This document shows, piece after piece, positions 14,176 through 27,552 of a stretch of 64,000 bases of DNA (the first letter of the stretch is position 1; every line of letters begins with the position of its first letter). Position numbers and translations under genes: made by a program. Where the stretch lies: positions 806,001 to 870,000 of the forward strand of contig OZ218950.1 of NCBI GenBank assembly GCA_965112735.1, read 5' to 3'. The DNA comes from Phaeosaccion multiseriatum (taxonomy: Eukaryota > Protista > Ochrophyta, other classes). The notes under the pieces were generated by a model that saw nothing but the letters and a program-made list of their open reading frames with translations, had not been told where the DNA came from and ran no database searches.

Positions 14176-15228
14176 CAGCAACAGCAGTTGATGATACAGT
14201 AGCAGGAAGGAGGAGGAGGAAGCAAAGCGAAGCGAGGCAAGGCGAGGAGGAAGAGGAATAGCGCGGCGATCAAAGCAGACTACGATAGAAGGACTAGGAG
14301 TTATGATAGCGGCGGGAGGGGGCCACCGGCGTTGCTTGCTTTCATTTTTTAACTTAATGCGTAAATTTGGGGTTACGTAAATTGCCGTGCTCTTCAAGGA
14401 AATGCAACGCAGGCAGGTTGTGTGCGGTGGCGTGAAAGCCCCCACTGTCCATTGACTGCCGCGCCGAGCCTGAGGTTGTTCGGTTCCGCCCCGCTCCTCC
14501 TGCCAAGAACCGCCCTGGACGAAGCGGCCGGTGTGAAGGTGTCTGTCTGGTGCCGTCCTCCTCGTCTTGGGGGAAGGCGGGCTGTGAGCGCATCAGTCAA
14601 TAGCCTTCAATAGCCTTCCCCCTCCTCCTCCGTTCTATCCTTCATTCAATCTGTCGGTCTCCACAGACTAATGGGAACTGAAACAAATCCTTCTCCCTTT
14701 GCGTGCCTCCTGCACGCCTGCCTCTGAGCTGTATGTAGAGGTGCCCAGATGTGAAGGGTGTGCAAGACAAAAGGCCCTTCACATCAATAGGAAACGATCG
14801 ACTCATTTTTTCATTTTTTCATACTTTTATGTACTGAATGTGGTATTATCCGATAAAAATGCCTTTGGGATGAAAAGAGGAAGAAGTGTGGCCCCTTCCT
14901 TTACCCCAAAGCCTTGAGCTGGATGTAATACACAAAAAATGATGATCTCCTCACCAACCAACTTGTCTATTTTCCCCACCACCAACTTGCCTATACTGCG
15001 CCTTCGTTCTTCCGTACCACGATGGCGTCTCCGCTTCCACCCACCTCCCCTCCGGCGTCCTTCCCTCCATGCCGCAGGAACCACCTCCTCCTCTCCTCCT
15101 TGGATGAATGAGTGCCCGTGAGAGACCACCGCAATGCTCTCTCTCTTCTCTTACACCCTCTGCCCCGCTGCCGCCGCTGCTGTCGCATTCACTGACTGCT
15201 GAGCGGCAGCAGCAGCCGCTGCCACTGA

Positions 15229-18200
15229 CTACTGCTGCCCTCCTTGCGCCCCTGCTTGCTGCCGTGCTTCTCCTCCTTCTCCTTGTGGCTGCGAGACCGA
15301 CGGGTGAGACAAGTGCGAAAAGCGATGCTCCTTCCCTACCAACAGCGTGTTGGCCATAGCTGCTCGAGTCTTGGGATTGTCCATATCCACGTGACTTCCG
15401 TCGATCTCCTCCTGCTGTTGCTGCTCCAACTGCAGCTGCTCTTGCTCCACCGCCATGGCATTGACCACCAAAAAGAACGACGCTTTCTGATGGAGGAGGG
15501 CGACGGCGTCGTCCCCACCCCCACCCCTCCCTCCGCTCCCTCCGCGCTCGTCCCGAACAGGCTCTTGCACGTAGACACTCCTGTCCGCACCCTCCGGCCC
15601 AGGACCACCAGAGGTTCTGCCACTGCTTGGTAACCCTCTCTCTACCCCCCCTCCCCTCCCTTCTTCATGGTCCTCTGGAGCCGGTAAGTCAAAGTCTGTG
15701 GGGTTGGGAGGCTCCAGATTTGGCTCCGCTCCTGCTCTCCTGGTGCCGTCGTCAAAATATTCGTCAAGGTCTTCCACCGCCTTCGGAGCAGAGAGGAAAG
15801 GTGAGTAGAGAGCACAAGACGGAGGAGAGACGGGAGACGTCAGAGACAGCACCAACCACCACACACCCACACCAAGACATCACTCACACACTCCTCTCAC
15901 TCACTCACACACTCACTCACTCACCCACCCTCCCACTCACTCACTCACTCACGCACGTATGCACCCACTCCCTCACTCACCTGGTCCAGTGAGTAGTTTG
16001 ACATCCAGCTCTGTACACTGCACAGGCTGGAGTGGCGTTGCGCCAGCATCTGTGACCACTCGCTGTTGGGGTCGAAGGAGCCCAAGCTCCCCGACAGGCC
16101 ACTAGACCCGCGGCTAGAGCTTGGCCGTCCAGGCGTGGCGGTACCACCAGCTGCTGGCACGGCTCCTGCTGCCCTTCCATCCCCCCCTCCCCCCGACCCA
16201 AGCGGTAGCCCTCCTTGAGCACAAGCAGCTTCAAATTCTTCGCTGCCGACGCGAACCGTCAGCTGCTGGACCGCCTGTTGGAGGCCTGGTCGCAGCGTGC
16301 CATCGTAACCAGGGCCCAGCGCCTGCCTCTTCTTGTCTCCTCCTCCTACCCCGCCTATGCTTCTCCCCATGGGTGACCCCTCTCCACTGTTGTCCTCCTG
16401 CCCGAATGCTCTCTCTCTCTTCTGCCCTCGAATGAAGCTGCCCCCCGGCCCCCAACCCATGCCTCCTCCTCCTGCAGCAGCAGCCATTTGCGACGCACGT
16501 ATATCCTCGTCTCCCTCGCCGTCGAAGCCAAAGGCAGCATGAGTGAGAATGTTGCATATCGAGCTTCTGCGCTTTGTTGTGATTTGCTCCGTCAACGAAT
16601 CAACCTCCTCATCATTAATCTTTTGCGCAAGCTCCGCGGCACCGGGGTTGCTAAGGCCCGCCGAGAGCTCCAGTCCCGCTTCTTGGTCTTTGAGTGAGTG
16701 AGAGAGACCCTCAATAAGCTTGGTAAAGGGGTAGAGTTGTTTGTGGCCCTCCACCCAGGATTGGTCTCCGCTGTACAGCAGTTCAGAGTCCAGCGTATCC
16801 AGGAGCTCTGTAATGGTGCTTCGCCTCCTCGCCGGCTCTTCTCCTTCTGCGGCTCCTGCTGAGGTACGGTCCTGCGCGCGGAAGCTTGGCACCCGGGATT
16901 CGGGCGGCTGGTGCTCGCTAACAGCCGTGAGGGTGTCCTGGCGCAGCAGTGGAAAGGCGTTCGGCCCTTGTCCTGTTGGCTGCTGCTCTTGTTGCTGTTG
17001 CTGCTGCTGCTGCTGCTGCTGCTGGCCCACGCCATAGCTGTCGCTGTTTCCACTCTGGCCACCGTTCACCGCCATTCCCCCACCAACCCCGTAAGAGTTG
17101 AACTGCGGGAGGGAGGCCTCGATCCCGAAACTTGCTCCATCCTCCCCTCCCCCTCCCCCTCCTCCTCCCCCCCCCCCTACTCCTGGAGACGCCTCTCCTC
17201 CTCCTCCAGCTTCACCGCTGCCCCCCCCTCCCCGACCCGGAACTACTGCGGGTCTACCTGGAAAGAACCGGGCGATCTTGCTCTGGCGAGAAGGCTTCTT
17301 GGTGTCAACTGAAGGCTTCTTGGTGTCAACTGGGGGAGGTGGGAACGCTCCGTCCTGCTGCTGCTGCTGCTGCTGCTGCTGCACCCCCAACTGTTGCTGA
17401 GGCGGCGGCGGGTGGTGGTAGTTGGGCATTCGGTTTCCCTGCTGCTGCTGTTGCTGTTGCGCTGGTCCTGGGCCAGGGAACGCACCCTGGGGGTTGTAAA
17501 TGCCACGGACTGGGCTACCGCCGGACATGGAGTCTGCAGGGCCTGGACTACCACCGCTGGACATGGAGCCTACCAGACCTGGGCTCCCACCGCTGGACGG
17601 GGGGACTACCCCTCTTGCAGAGGCACTGTTGCTCAAGTTCATGCCCCCCCCCGCCGCTCCCATCATGCCTTGCCCCATCCTCCCCCCCATATTGACAAAA
17701 TTCATCGAAGAGCTACTCCCTCCAATGACGTGCGGCTGACCCTGCCCCTGCTGCTGCCCCTGCTGCTGCTGCTGCCCCTGCTGCTGGCCCTGCTGCTGCA
17801 AGCTAGCCAACTGCTGCTGCTGTAGCGCCAACTGCTGCACCAACTGCTGCTGCTGCTGCTGCTGGCCGTACATAGCTGTTGTGGTCGGCGCCCCTGATGC
17901 TTTTGGCCCTCCTCCTCCATACTGCTGTATATGCTCACTACCCCGCCCCCCGCCCCCGTTGTACATGGTGCTTGCCTCATAGTGTGGCCTGGCGCCTCTC
18001 CCCACTTGCAGCTCTGGCAGTTCCGGTTCACTGTCTGTGCTTTCGTCGTCACCCCTCACGCTGGTGCCCCTGCCGTATACTTTGAATGTGTAATCCTCTG
18101 GTATGTCCGGGCACACACCCCGCCGCACGTCCTTCAGTTTTTTGCGCTCCCCTCTTTGGAAAAAGGCGTGCATGTAGCACCCAGCCTCGCGCCCTTTCAC

Positions 18201-18982
18201 TACTTTTCGAAAGCCGTACCTGCCGAAGGAGACGAGAGCCGAACACGAGCAGAGCAAGAGAATGGGATGAAGGAAGCGAGCGCCTTTTTTAGCTTCCTGC
18301 TTGAATGGATCATAAGTTTTTGGTCTTCACTCCCCCCCCTCCCTCCACTGCCATGCCCTGTAGTCCCGTTTCCGAATCTCCTTCCCCTCTCATGGGTGTC
18401 CACAGCTTCCTCCAGCGCCCCTCCCCCCGCCACCCCGCAAATGGTAGGCACAGCACAGCACAGCCAAGAGCAAGGGCGCCATCTGTATGATTGGTTTGGT
18501 GCCCACAACTTACAGATTGAGCTGGCGCTGGAAAGAGCTGTATTTCCGGTGCTTGAAGTACTTCTCCAGGAGCTCGTCACAAAAGCGTTTGTGGTTGCGA
18601 ATCCCAAAGCTCCGTCCGCTGCTAACCCACATAATAATATCAGGACTTTCATTCTGCAGCAGTGAGACGTGGCGGCGGACGCAGGGAGCGGGAGAGGTTG
18701 TTAATCCGACTTGCTTAGTGAGCCATAAATAGCACTGCTACCACGTGGCGCTCTCTCCACGCCTCCTGCGCCACCTTCTTCATACGAAAACAGCCCTCCC
18801 TCCCCCCCCCCCGCAAACCTTGCGGTGTCTGTCTTCACACAGGGTCTTAAAAGGCCTCAAACTGTGATTGTTTGTCAAACCCCCTCCCAGCCCACCTCCC
18901 ACCGTGTGCTTACCTCGAGTATACTGTACAATATATACGGGAAGCTGGTTTGACCCGCGGCTGATGCCGACAGCCCGGTCAT
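15229..18982 (-). CDS. Heat-shock transcription factor (HSF DNA-binding domain plus a Q/G-rich tail), about 4 exons
   Basis: Exons 18982-18914, 18653-18514 and 18219-15981 splice to SFPYILYSILENESPDIIMWVSSGRSFGIRNHKRFCDELLEKYFKHRKYSSFQRQLNLYGFRK. The last exon (about 15780-15229) is less certain. Confidence 0.88.
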
Positions 18983-19357
18983 CCTAAGCCCTCACCCTCT
19001 CTTTTCCGCCTTCTCTTCGTTCTAAGAATGAAAGAAAAAAAAACTCAATTCGCCATTACAAACGCCCAAAAGTTCTTGCGCGGGCTCGTTAAGCGTGGAA
19101 GAGGGGTCCTCGAGGCCGCGACAGAGAATAGTATATGTCTTTCTTCAATGTGGCGTCGCTGTATTTCGTCGGCGGCGGGGGGCCCGATCTCTCTTTCGCG
19201 GTCATGGGCCCCCCGGGTGTCAATAAGTCAAGGGGGTCCCAAGTCAATTACGGTACAACAGCAAAAACAACAGCAAAATGAAAGGGGTTTGGAAAATGAG
19301 TAGAGGGGGGGGGGGACAACGGGTGTAGTGTAGCAGCAGCCGAGTAGCTTATTTAGG

Positions 19358-21912
19358 ATGGCGTGTGGGCTGAGTCCTGAGATTTGGCAACAGGTGGTTG
19401 AGCAGCATAAGGCTGATGAGCGGAGGCAAGCACAAGAGACACAAAGGGCGCTCGACAAAGTGGTAAGTGCGGAGAGGGAGAGAGAGAGAGAGAGAGACAG
19501 AGACAGACAGAGAGAGAGAGCATTGTCACCCTGCTTCCGTTGACTCGACTTTCGTGCGTGCCTTGTCCATACTCCCGCACGGTGCAGGACAAGTTGAGAC
19601 AGGAGAATCCGGTAACTGCAACCGATACGCTTGTGACCAGCTTCACAGATCCTGCAGACCAAGAGGCAGGAGGGAGGGGCGAGGAGGGAGGGGGGTGGCC
19701 ACGATCCCGCCTACGATTGGACCAAGCACTACAAGAGATGGGATCAGTACGAAGACCCAGAGGTGAGCAGCGTCCTTTTCACGAGGGCGGACGGGAGGCA
19801 ACGTGTGCCTTCCTGCTTCACTGTCTCTCCCTGCTTTGGTCTTTTCGTACTTCGCGAGGCTCACTCTGACTGACATTCACCGCGACCAAGTGAAGTAGGA
19901 GGGAAGGGGGGTAAGGCTATAGGTGTGTGGGCTGGCAGGAGGAGAGGGGTGGTGGAGGGGGGCAAGTGACGGGGACGGGACTGACGCGACGCCTTTACAT
20001 GGCCTCGGCGTCCGACCCCGTAGGCGCAGCCGATATACGCTGTATACCCCGTTCGTTCTATTGCCAGTCATTGACCGCGCCAAAACAACGACACCACACG
20101 CCCACACCACACCCCACGCCACCCCACACCACACCCACACCACGCCCACACCACGCCACACCACACCATACCGTGTACCCACACTACACACCTAGGAGCT
20201 CGTGGAGAGAGCAGAGAAGGAGAAGACCAAGCTGGAAAACATGAAGCGCGGGGGCACGGGAGGAGCGAGGACGACGTGCTCTCACGACCACAGCGCCGAG
20301 AGAAGGATTGTGGATCTGGGCACAGAGGGACAGCTCAAGGCGTGCAGGGACTTTCGGAGGAGGGGCAATGCCTTCTATGAGGAGGGGCAGTACCAGCGTG
20401 CGGCCCTGCAGTATCGCAAGGTGGGTGGATTGGGTGGGGTGGGTGGGTAAGGAGCAGAGGGCAGAGGCAGAGGAGCAAATCGGAAGGGCCGTCCATTCTC
20501 TCTCTCTCCATCTCTCTCCACACCTCTCAATCTCTCTCATTTTCTCTGTCTCTGCAACGTACTTCCGTATATGTGTGTATGCCTGAAGGTGATTGTGTAC
20601 TTCGACTACTGCTTCCCTGAGACGGATGAGGAACGAGATGAGATGGGTGAGCTCCGTCTGACGAGCCTTGTCAACAGCGCCGCGTGTTTCCTGAAGCTTC
20701 ACAACCTCGCTGAGGCCCTTGAGCACTGCGACCAAGCGCTGCAGGTGAGGAGGGAGGGAGGGAGCGAGGGAGGGAGGGAGGGAGGGAGGGAGGGAGGGAG
20801 GGAGGGAGGGAGTCAGACACAGGGAGAGAGACCCTAAGATATGACTTTGTCACCACAGAGTCCTATACAAAGCTCACGTCCGCGTATGTACCCAAGTAAC
20901 CTAAACATCCTGCCGCTCCTGTATCACCAACGGCTGCTGGTGCTGCTGCTGCTGCTGTATCACCAACTGCTACAGGAGGATCCTGCCTGCGTGAAGGCGC
21001 TCTTCCGCCGTGCGCAGGTGTATCGGCACAGAGACCTCTTTGCTGAGGCCAAGGCGGACCTTCAGGCAGCAGCCAGGCACGCACCCCCTGGGGATGCGGC
21101 ACACCTGACCATCAGGAGGGAGCACACCATCCTCTGCAACAAGGTGGAGGCGTATCGCAGCAAGAGCTCCAGCATGAGCAAGACCATCTTCGGCTTCAGG
21201 CGCGTAGGAAGGACGGGATGGATGGAGGGAGGGAGGGAGGGAGGGAGGAAGGAAGGAAGGAAGGAAGGAGGCAAGCAAGCAACCAAAGCAACCAAGCAAC
21301 CAAGGACGCAAGGAAAGGCGGGGTGGAGCAGGCGTGTCTTTCGCTCTGGTCTTCCCTCCATCCCTGTCTCCTTCGTCACTCTTTTTCTCCTCTTTCTCTC
21401 TGTTGCCTCTCGCTGCCGGGGCCGGCTAACCGAGTTCCCCTCCTTGCTAGCTCGGCTCATCTCAAAAGGAGGGGATCTGCCCCTCCATACACACACTGAT
21501 CCATCGTTTCCCTTGTGTCTGTCCGGGGAACTCCCTCCCTTCTTCATTCCCGCGTTCCCTCCTTCCCTCCCTCCTTCCTCCTTCGAGTAGGGAAAATGCG
21601 TCCGGAGGCGATGATGGCGGCGGTGAGGGTGATGAGGAGGAGGCGAGGCGCTTGCGCACAGAAAAGGCGCGTCAAGGAGCAGCAGCAGCCACCGGGGGCT
21701 ATGCCATAGCGAGCACCATCGGTCCTGCTAGCGCCACCCTTGCACCCGACCCGTGTGCCGCAGCCGCCTCGGCCTCCTCCTCCTCCCCCCCCCCCCCCGA
21801 GCGGTCTCTGGCCTCTACGCTGTCGCTCTTCAAGGCCTCAGGGGAGGATGATTTGTACCGTCCCGTCACTGTGTCTCAGGAGAGTATGCAAGCTCTGCTC
21901 TCGCTTTGCTGA
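19358..21912 (+). CDS. TPR-repeat protein (FKBP/cyclophilin-type three-TPR clamp), multi-exon
   Basis: FRRRGNAFYEEGQYQRAALQYRK, SLVNSAACFLKLHNLAEALEHCDQALQ and CVKALFRRAQVY lie in consecutive GT-AG-bounded exons. Confidence 0.8.
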
Positions 21913-23116
21913 GGGGAGGGAGAGAGAGCAAAGAGAGGTGGAGAGGAGGCATTTCAGCGTTTCAGCATCCGCATCAGCAGGACGATATCAGTATCAGCAG
22001 GAGTTGATGATACAGCAGCATCAGCAACAGCAGTACCCGAACACTGTCCGGGCCTGCTTGGGAGGCCGAAGAGAGCTTGTTACCCCTTCACCCTCTGCCC
22101 TTGGCCTCTCACCTCTTACCTCTCACCAACCTCCATCTCCGTCTCCGTCTCCGCGCCAACGGGAGCCATTTGCTGCCATTTGCTACCACTTTCTGTCGGG
22201 CCTTCCTTATGGGTCACATTGGGCCTGCGCTCTCTCGCGCTGCTCCTCCACAGGTGCATTTTCACGAATTGAGCTGAACGAGGGGAAAGGGGGGATGGTA
22301 GAGACGTTGGATCATTGGAGCGTGGTTTGATCGTGCGCACGCTCGTACGCGCTCACGTACTAGCACTCTGCTGCTGCATTGCCGCATTGGGAAGGAGACA
22401 AGAGAAGAAGATGCATCTCGGTGGAGGCAAGAGAGTGCCTGACACCTGATACCAGACAGCGAGCAAGCAAGCAAGCAACAACAAACCAAGCAAGCCAGGC
22501 AAGCAACAGCAAGCAACCAGGCAAGCAACACCAGGAAGCCTGCCCTCGATCGCCCTTCCTTCGCGTGACTGACTGCGGGGGCGGGGCGTGGTGGGGTGGG
22601 GTATGGGGTAGGCTTTCGCGCTGTTGTCCATCTGTCTGTATGACTGTGAATGACTATGCAGTAAGTCAGTGACTTGGCAGTACCCTCCAAGGCCCTCCCT
22701 TACCTCTGGACAGAGGTACGCCAGTGGTCAAGGGGAGAAGGGGCGCACGTAAGACTACGTAGCACCAGTCCTGTCGGTTACATCCAGGGGGATGCACACA
22801 CACATGTAGTCGGGGGTTTTATATGGAGTGACTTGTGCCACCCTCTGTGCCCTTCCGCCCCATGATTTGATTTACTGTCGTAGAAAAATAAATTGAGTTA
22901 TGGGTGTGTGTGCTTTGATTTCAAAGTCGTATGATGCCTCGGCGGCTTTCCGCTAGCACCTGCTGCAGTCCTTCTGCTGTACTTGAGAACGTTCGCAGCA
23001 GCCCTTCTGTTCTTGAGAACGCTCGCAGAGCCTTTCAGTTCTTTGTCAGCTGACTGGCCTGGTGCCGTCTACTCTTCGCCATTCTTCTGCTCTTACTCAA
23101 CAAGGGAAGCGTAAGC

Positions 23117-23331
23117 TTAGGCTGTGAAAGTGATGGAGGTGGTGGTGATGGTGGTGGTGGGGGTGAGAATAATTGGGCAGTCGCAGGGGTGCCCATTCTC
23201 ATGCACCCACTTGGTGAGAGCGGAGAAGTCTTCTTCGTCCATTCGCCACTGCCCGCCTGGCTCGCTCAGCCGATAGTTCTTCAGCACCACAGGACACGAC
23301 CTGATTGTAGTAGTAGCAGGAGGACGAGTGT

Positions 23332-23372
<41 letters not shown>

Positions 23373-25239
23373 AGAGTAGGAGGAGCAGGAGGCCCTCCCT
23401 CCCTCCCTCCCTCCCCCACTCACCACTGGTCCCATGCACAGTTGACCTCTTCCGAACGGAGCCACTGAAGCTTCTCCAGCGGCTGCTTCCCCACCTCCAC
23501 AGCGAACTGACACACCGACCCGTTCCAGTCACACATGGCCCTAGCGTTCTTGTGGAGCCACTGAAGCACCTCCAAGCTGCTCCATTGGGCGGCGAAGTGC
23601 GACCCGCTTCTCCACGGGGTTCCCTCGGCGGCTTGGCTGAAGTTTGCCTGAACGGAGGGGTGGGAAACGAGGTACTCCAGTATCGGGATGTGGTTGCCCT
23701 TGACGGCATTCTTCCACACCCAGATATCAAACGGAGCTCCAGCCTCCCCCAAGAGCCATTTGAGCATTTCAAGATTGCCCCTTCCAGCGGCCGTCTTGCA
23801 GACCTCCGTGGTGAGACAATTGGCGGCGTTCCAGGCCTTGTCTGCGAGCATCTTAGGGTCGGTTCGGGCCCACTTGATGATTCGCAGGCCATATTTGTCG
23901 TTGGCAGCTGCGTGGAGACACACCTGCCCTCGTTGCCAGGTAGAGAAGTAGATGGATGCATCTTGGTGAGCCACAACTAAATGTCGGTAAATGAAGATCA
24001 TGATATCGAGAAGTCCTGGCATGTGCAGACCCGAGACGCAGCCAGGGCCAAACACAAAAGCGAGGGGAGAAACCCCTTGCGAAACACGACTGAGGACTGA
24101 CGACTGAGAGGACTGACCTGATCGCTCTGATACGGGCATCCCATGTGGTAAAGCGCTTTACACACCTGTGTTGTGGGCATCATGTCATAAGCGGTGGGTG
24201 AGGGTCAGTAGTGCCATGTCGAGGGCGGTTGGATACTCATACTCAGTGTTTCGGGCGGGCGATTACAGGGCTTCAACAAGGAAGGTGGGAGCGAGGATGG
24301 GCTCTCTGTGCGACAGCCGGAGGAGGGTGGTGTGCTACCGTTCGGTGGCACGGGGGTGGTTGGGAGCTCGGCAAGGACGAAAGTATGGGCTGGAAGGTAC
24401 GGGGAGGACAACACACAGATCTAATGAAAGATAAGATCGATCGACCAGGCAGATCAGCATTGGAGTAAGTTGCAAGCTACATGCCTTCATCAACGCCCCC
24501 TTCCCCCCCGCACCTTCTCCCTTCACCGTGCTTCGGAAACATCACTCACCCTGAGTGATGATCCGTACTTGGCTGCCGTGCAAATGGTGCGCAGAGTGAG
24601 TTGGTAGCCCTGTGACCTCGCCCAATACAAGCGATCGATGCTCTCCACGATGCTTCGCTCTTGCGTGCTGGGGGGGTGGACGGCTATGTAGGAGTTCCTC
24701 CACTCTTTGCTCACCGCGCTGATGAAGATGTGCTGTCCTTCGCCTACATAATCGATTATGCAATCGTGCACCTCCGCTGCCCGATCGTAGGGCGAGAACG
24801 CGAGGTGTTGACGCCCTCCCCTCCTATTGCTGCTGTTACTGCTGCTGCTGCTGCTGCCGCCGATGCTGCCACCTCGGCCTCGTTTCGCACCCTCCATGTC
24901 ACCTCCATCTGTTGTTGCCGATACGAGTTTCAAGCGAAGCTCCACCACTTCCTTCTCTTGAGCTTGATAGGCCACATACTCCATCCTCTTCTTGTCCCCT
25001 CTCAGCTGCCTCTTCTCGTCCCGCAGCTGCCGTTTCTCGTCGTGCAGCCCCCGCAGATGAAAGAGGAGCTCTGCCCGCGCCTGGACATCACTCTCTTTCT
25101 TGACGAGCGACCCCAAATAACTTCCTTCGCCCTTCAGCGCCTTCTCAATCTCCGCCTCCTTTTCCTGTACCGACCTAAGTTGACTGTCCACTCCCTCTAT
25201 CTTAATGGATAACGCTCTCTCGTCCTCGCTCTCCTCCAT
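23117..25239 (-). CDS. Ankyrin-like repeat protein with an N-terminal coiled coil and F-box-like motif (possibly frameshifted)
   Basis: Repeats include CKTAAGRGNLEMLKWL, AVKGNHIPILEYL, AAQWSSLEVLQWL and KWVHENGHPCD. IIDYVGEGQHIFISAVSKEWR is F-box-like. The frame near 24010-24035 is hard to reconcile. Confidence 0.65.
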
Positions 25240-26199
25240 CCTTCTCTCGCTCTTGCCTTGAGCGCTGAAGCTAACGCGTGTTCTGTGTCCCGAGAAAGAG
25301 CGACGGCTGGACCCAATCTACCACGAGAGCATTGCTTCTTCGTACGTCATTTTTTCTTTCTTCTTTGGGGTTGCGGCGTTACTATTGCGGCGAGAGTTAA
25401 AAGGGGGGGAGAGAAGGGAGGTGAGAATGGGGGGGGGGGGTTTATTTATTTAATTGACATAATAGGAATCCCCTCGCTGGATCCGATCTGGCTGGATCCG
25501 AGCCACATGTAGAATGGATTGCAGCAACACCCTCACGACAATCAGAAGAGGCCCACAAAGACAAGCTGTCGGGCGGGACTCATCAATCATCAGCCGTCGG
25601 GCGGGACTCATCAAGACACCAAGGCCTTGATCATGGTGCTGGGAGATCTGGGCAAGTAATTCCAGGCGGACTTCGAGGGGATCTTCTACTTCACTTCTCC
25701 CTGCTGAACACGCCAGCCGTTCGAAAGTATTGCATGACCCCTTTCCGCGCTTGGCCCTGCAGGTCGAGGTTCAGCTGCTGCTACTGCTCACTGCTCACCA
25801 ACTGCTGCTGTATCACCAACTGCTGCTGAAGGGACGCTGTGCCTGCTGGTGGATGGAGAGGAAGCCTCAGCCTTCGCGTGCCCTCCATCGTGTCATCAGT
25901 CGCAGGATGCGTTGGTTTGTGGAGGAAAAGAGGAGGTGATCTAGCACACTCCCCTGACCCCCTCTCTCGAGCAGGGGTCGACAAGGCCACTGCTGGACCT
26001 ACGTGACAAAGGGTAGCCTGACGAGGGCCAGGCCGTACGGACTCGGCCCCTGAAGAGACAAGAGAGCCGCTCACCCCCTCCTCCCAGGCTATGCTCCGCT
26101 TGACTCCTCCGCAGCAATGCAGTCTCCTGGCTGTTCAACATCCTCCTGGGGTGGGTTGTGGCTTCTGGCCAGTACTGCACGGCCTCGACAAGTGACAAG

Positions 26200-27410
26200 C
26201 TACATTGCCTCCGCCGTGACGACGTAGAGAGGGTCGCCTTTGCCAGATGGAGATATGTCCTTCGCTCGGGGGGGGGCAAAGCTTCCTCCGCAAAAGTGGA
26301 TCATGTTTCCCACGAGGTACGTGTGATCCACATCGGTCTGGCCTGTCCACACGCCCACCGCTTTGGTCAGGAAGAGCCGATTGCTGTACACGACTTGGCA
26401 CACACAGGGAGAGAGAGTGAGTGAGAGGGAGAGCGAGAAAAATGAGTGTGAGTGAGAGAGAGAGGGAGGGAGAGAGCGAGAAATCGAATAAAAAAGAGAG
26501 GACACAATGGCACTTCCTAGTCTGATGCAATTGGGCGAGGATGCAGGGGTGATCGAGACAGGTGGAGTCCGGACATAGCACACAAAAATCAGACGCACGC
26601 ACCCGCGCACACTCCGCCGGGTCGCAGCACCCTGCTAACGTCCTTGAGCACGCTTAAAGGGCGAGTGAGGTAGTCGATGGACAAGGCCAGCAGCACTACG
26701 TCGAAGGATCCGGCCTCGTAGGGGAGGGTGGGCTGTTTGTTGAGGTCCTGCACCGTCCACTCCGTCAATTGGGGGTTGAGCTTCAGCTCTGCAGCGGACA
26801 TGCCGAGTCCAGCCACCCGCCCGTATCTAGTGCCGCTGCTGTCGCTATCTGGGAGGTGACTCACCCAGGAAGAGCAAAGATCCAGGACGTCGAGCGGCGC
26901 GTCTGCTTGCCCCGAACCCGACTGCTGCTTCCTCTTCTTTAGGCCGATGTCCTTCAGAATGCTCGCGTATTCCCTTCGCATGGCCTGCTGCGCGTCCTTG
27001 TCAATATGCTCTACCAGCTTCGGGGAGTCGTAGAAGAGGGCGTCGTCGCTCTCATCGAGGCGAGCAAAGTCCCTCGGCTGGAACGGATTGTCCTCTTCCC
27101 ATTCCAGTCCATCACTGTTGGGTCCACCCGGCAGGGCTGCTTCAATCTCTCCCTTCGCCGGCCTCCCTGCCGAAGCGACCCCTGCTACTCCGACCGTTTT
27201 GAAGGGAGAAAGCCATGTCGCAGCTGTGACGGCGAGGGAGCTCCGAACGACCGCCTCGGCAACAAACCTCTGACGACTTACCGGTTCCCCCCCCTTTCGC
27301 TCTCTTATTTTCTCTACCACTCCTCTAGTTCTTACGGCGCCTATGTTATAAGCTGCGCTCTGGCGAAGCAGGCACACTCCCCCGATGACTGCCCATCGCT
27401 TCGGCTTCAT
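26200..27410 (-). CDS. Class I SAM-dependent methyltransferase (Methyltransf_11-like), 2 exons, probably organelle-targeted
   Basis: DESDDALFYDSPKLVEHID, VLDLCSSWVSHLP, VQDLN..LPYEAGSFD, SIDYLTRP..VSRVLRPGG and SNRLFLTKAV. Confidence 0.85.
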
Positions 27411-27552
27411 TTTTTTTTATTTTTTTTTGAAAAGCATCTCGCGCGTTCCCTGACTTATCCTGCATCGCCCCCCTTGGGGACGGATGGCTGCGTTGAAGGC
27501 CACACCTCTAAGCAAGAAAGAAGAGGAGGACACGGACAGCAAGGAGCGAAGG

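Noticed and set aside
25545-25730. Coding-like fragment with a ~20-bp direct repeat (GTCGGGCGGGACTCATCAA)
   Set aside because: Interrupted by stops and too short to assign.
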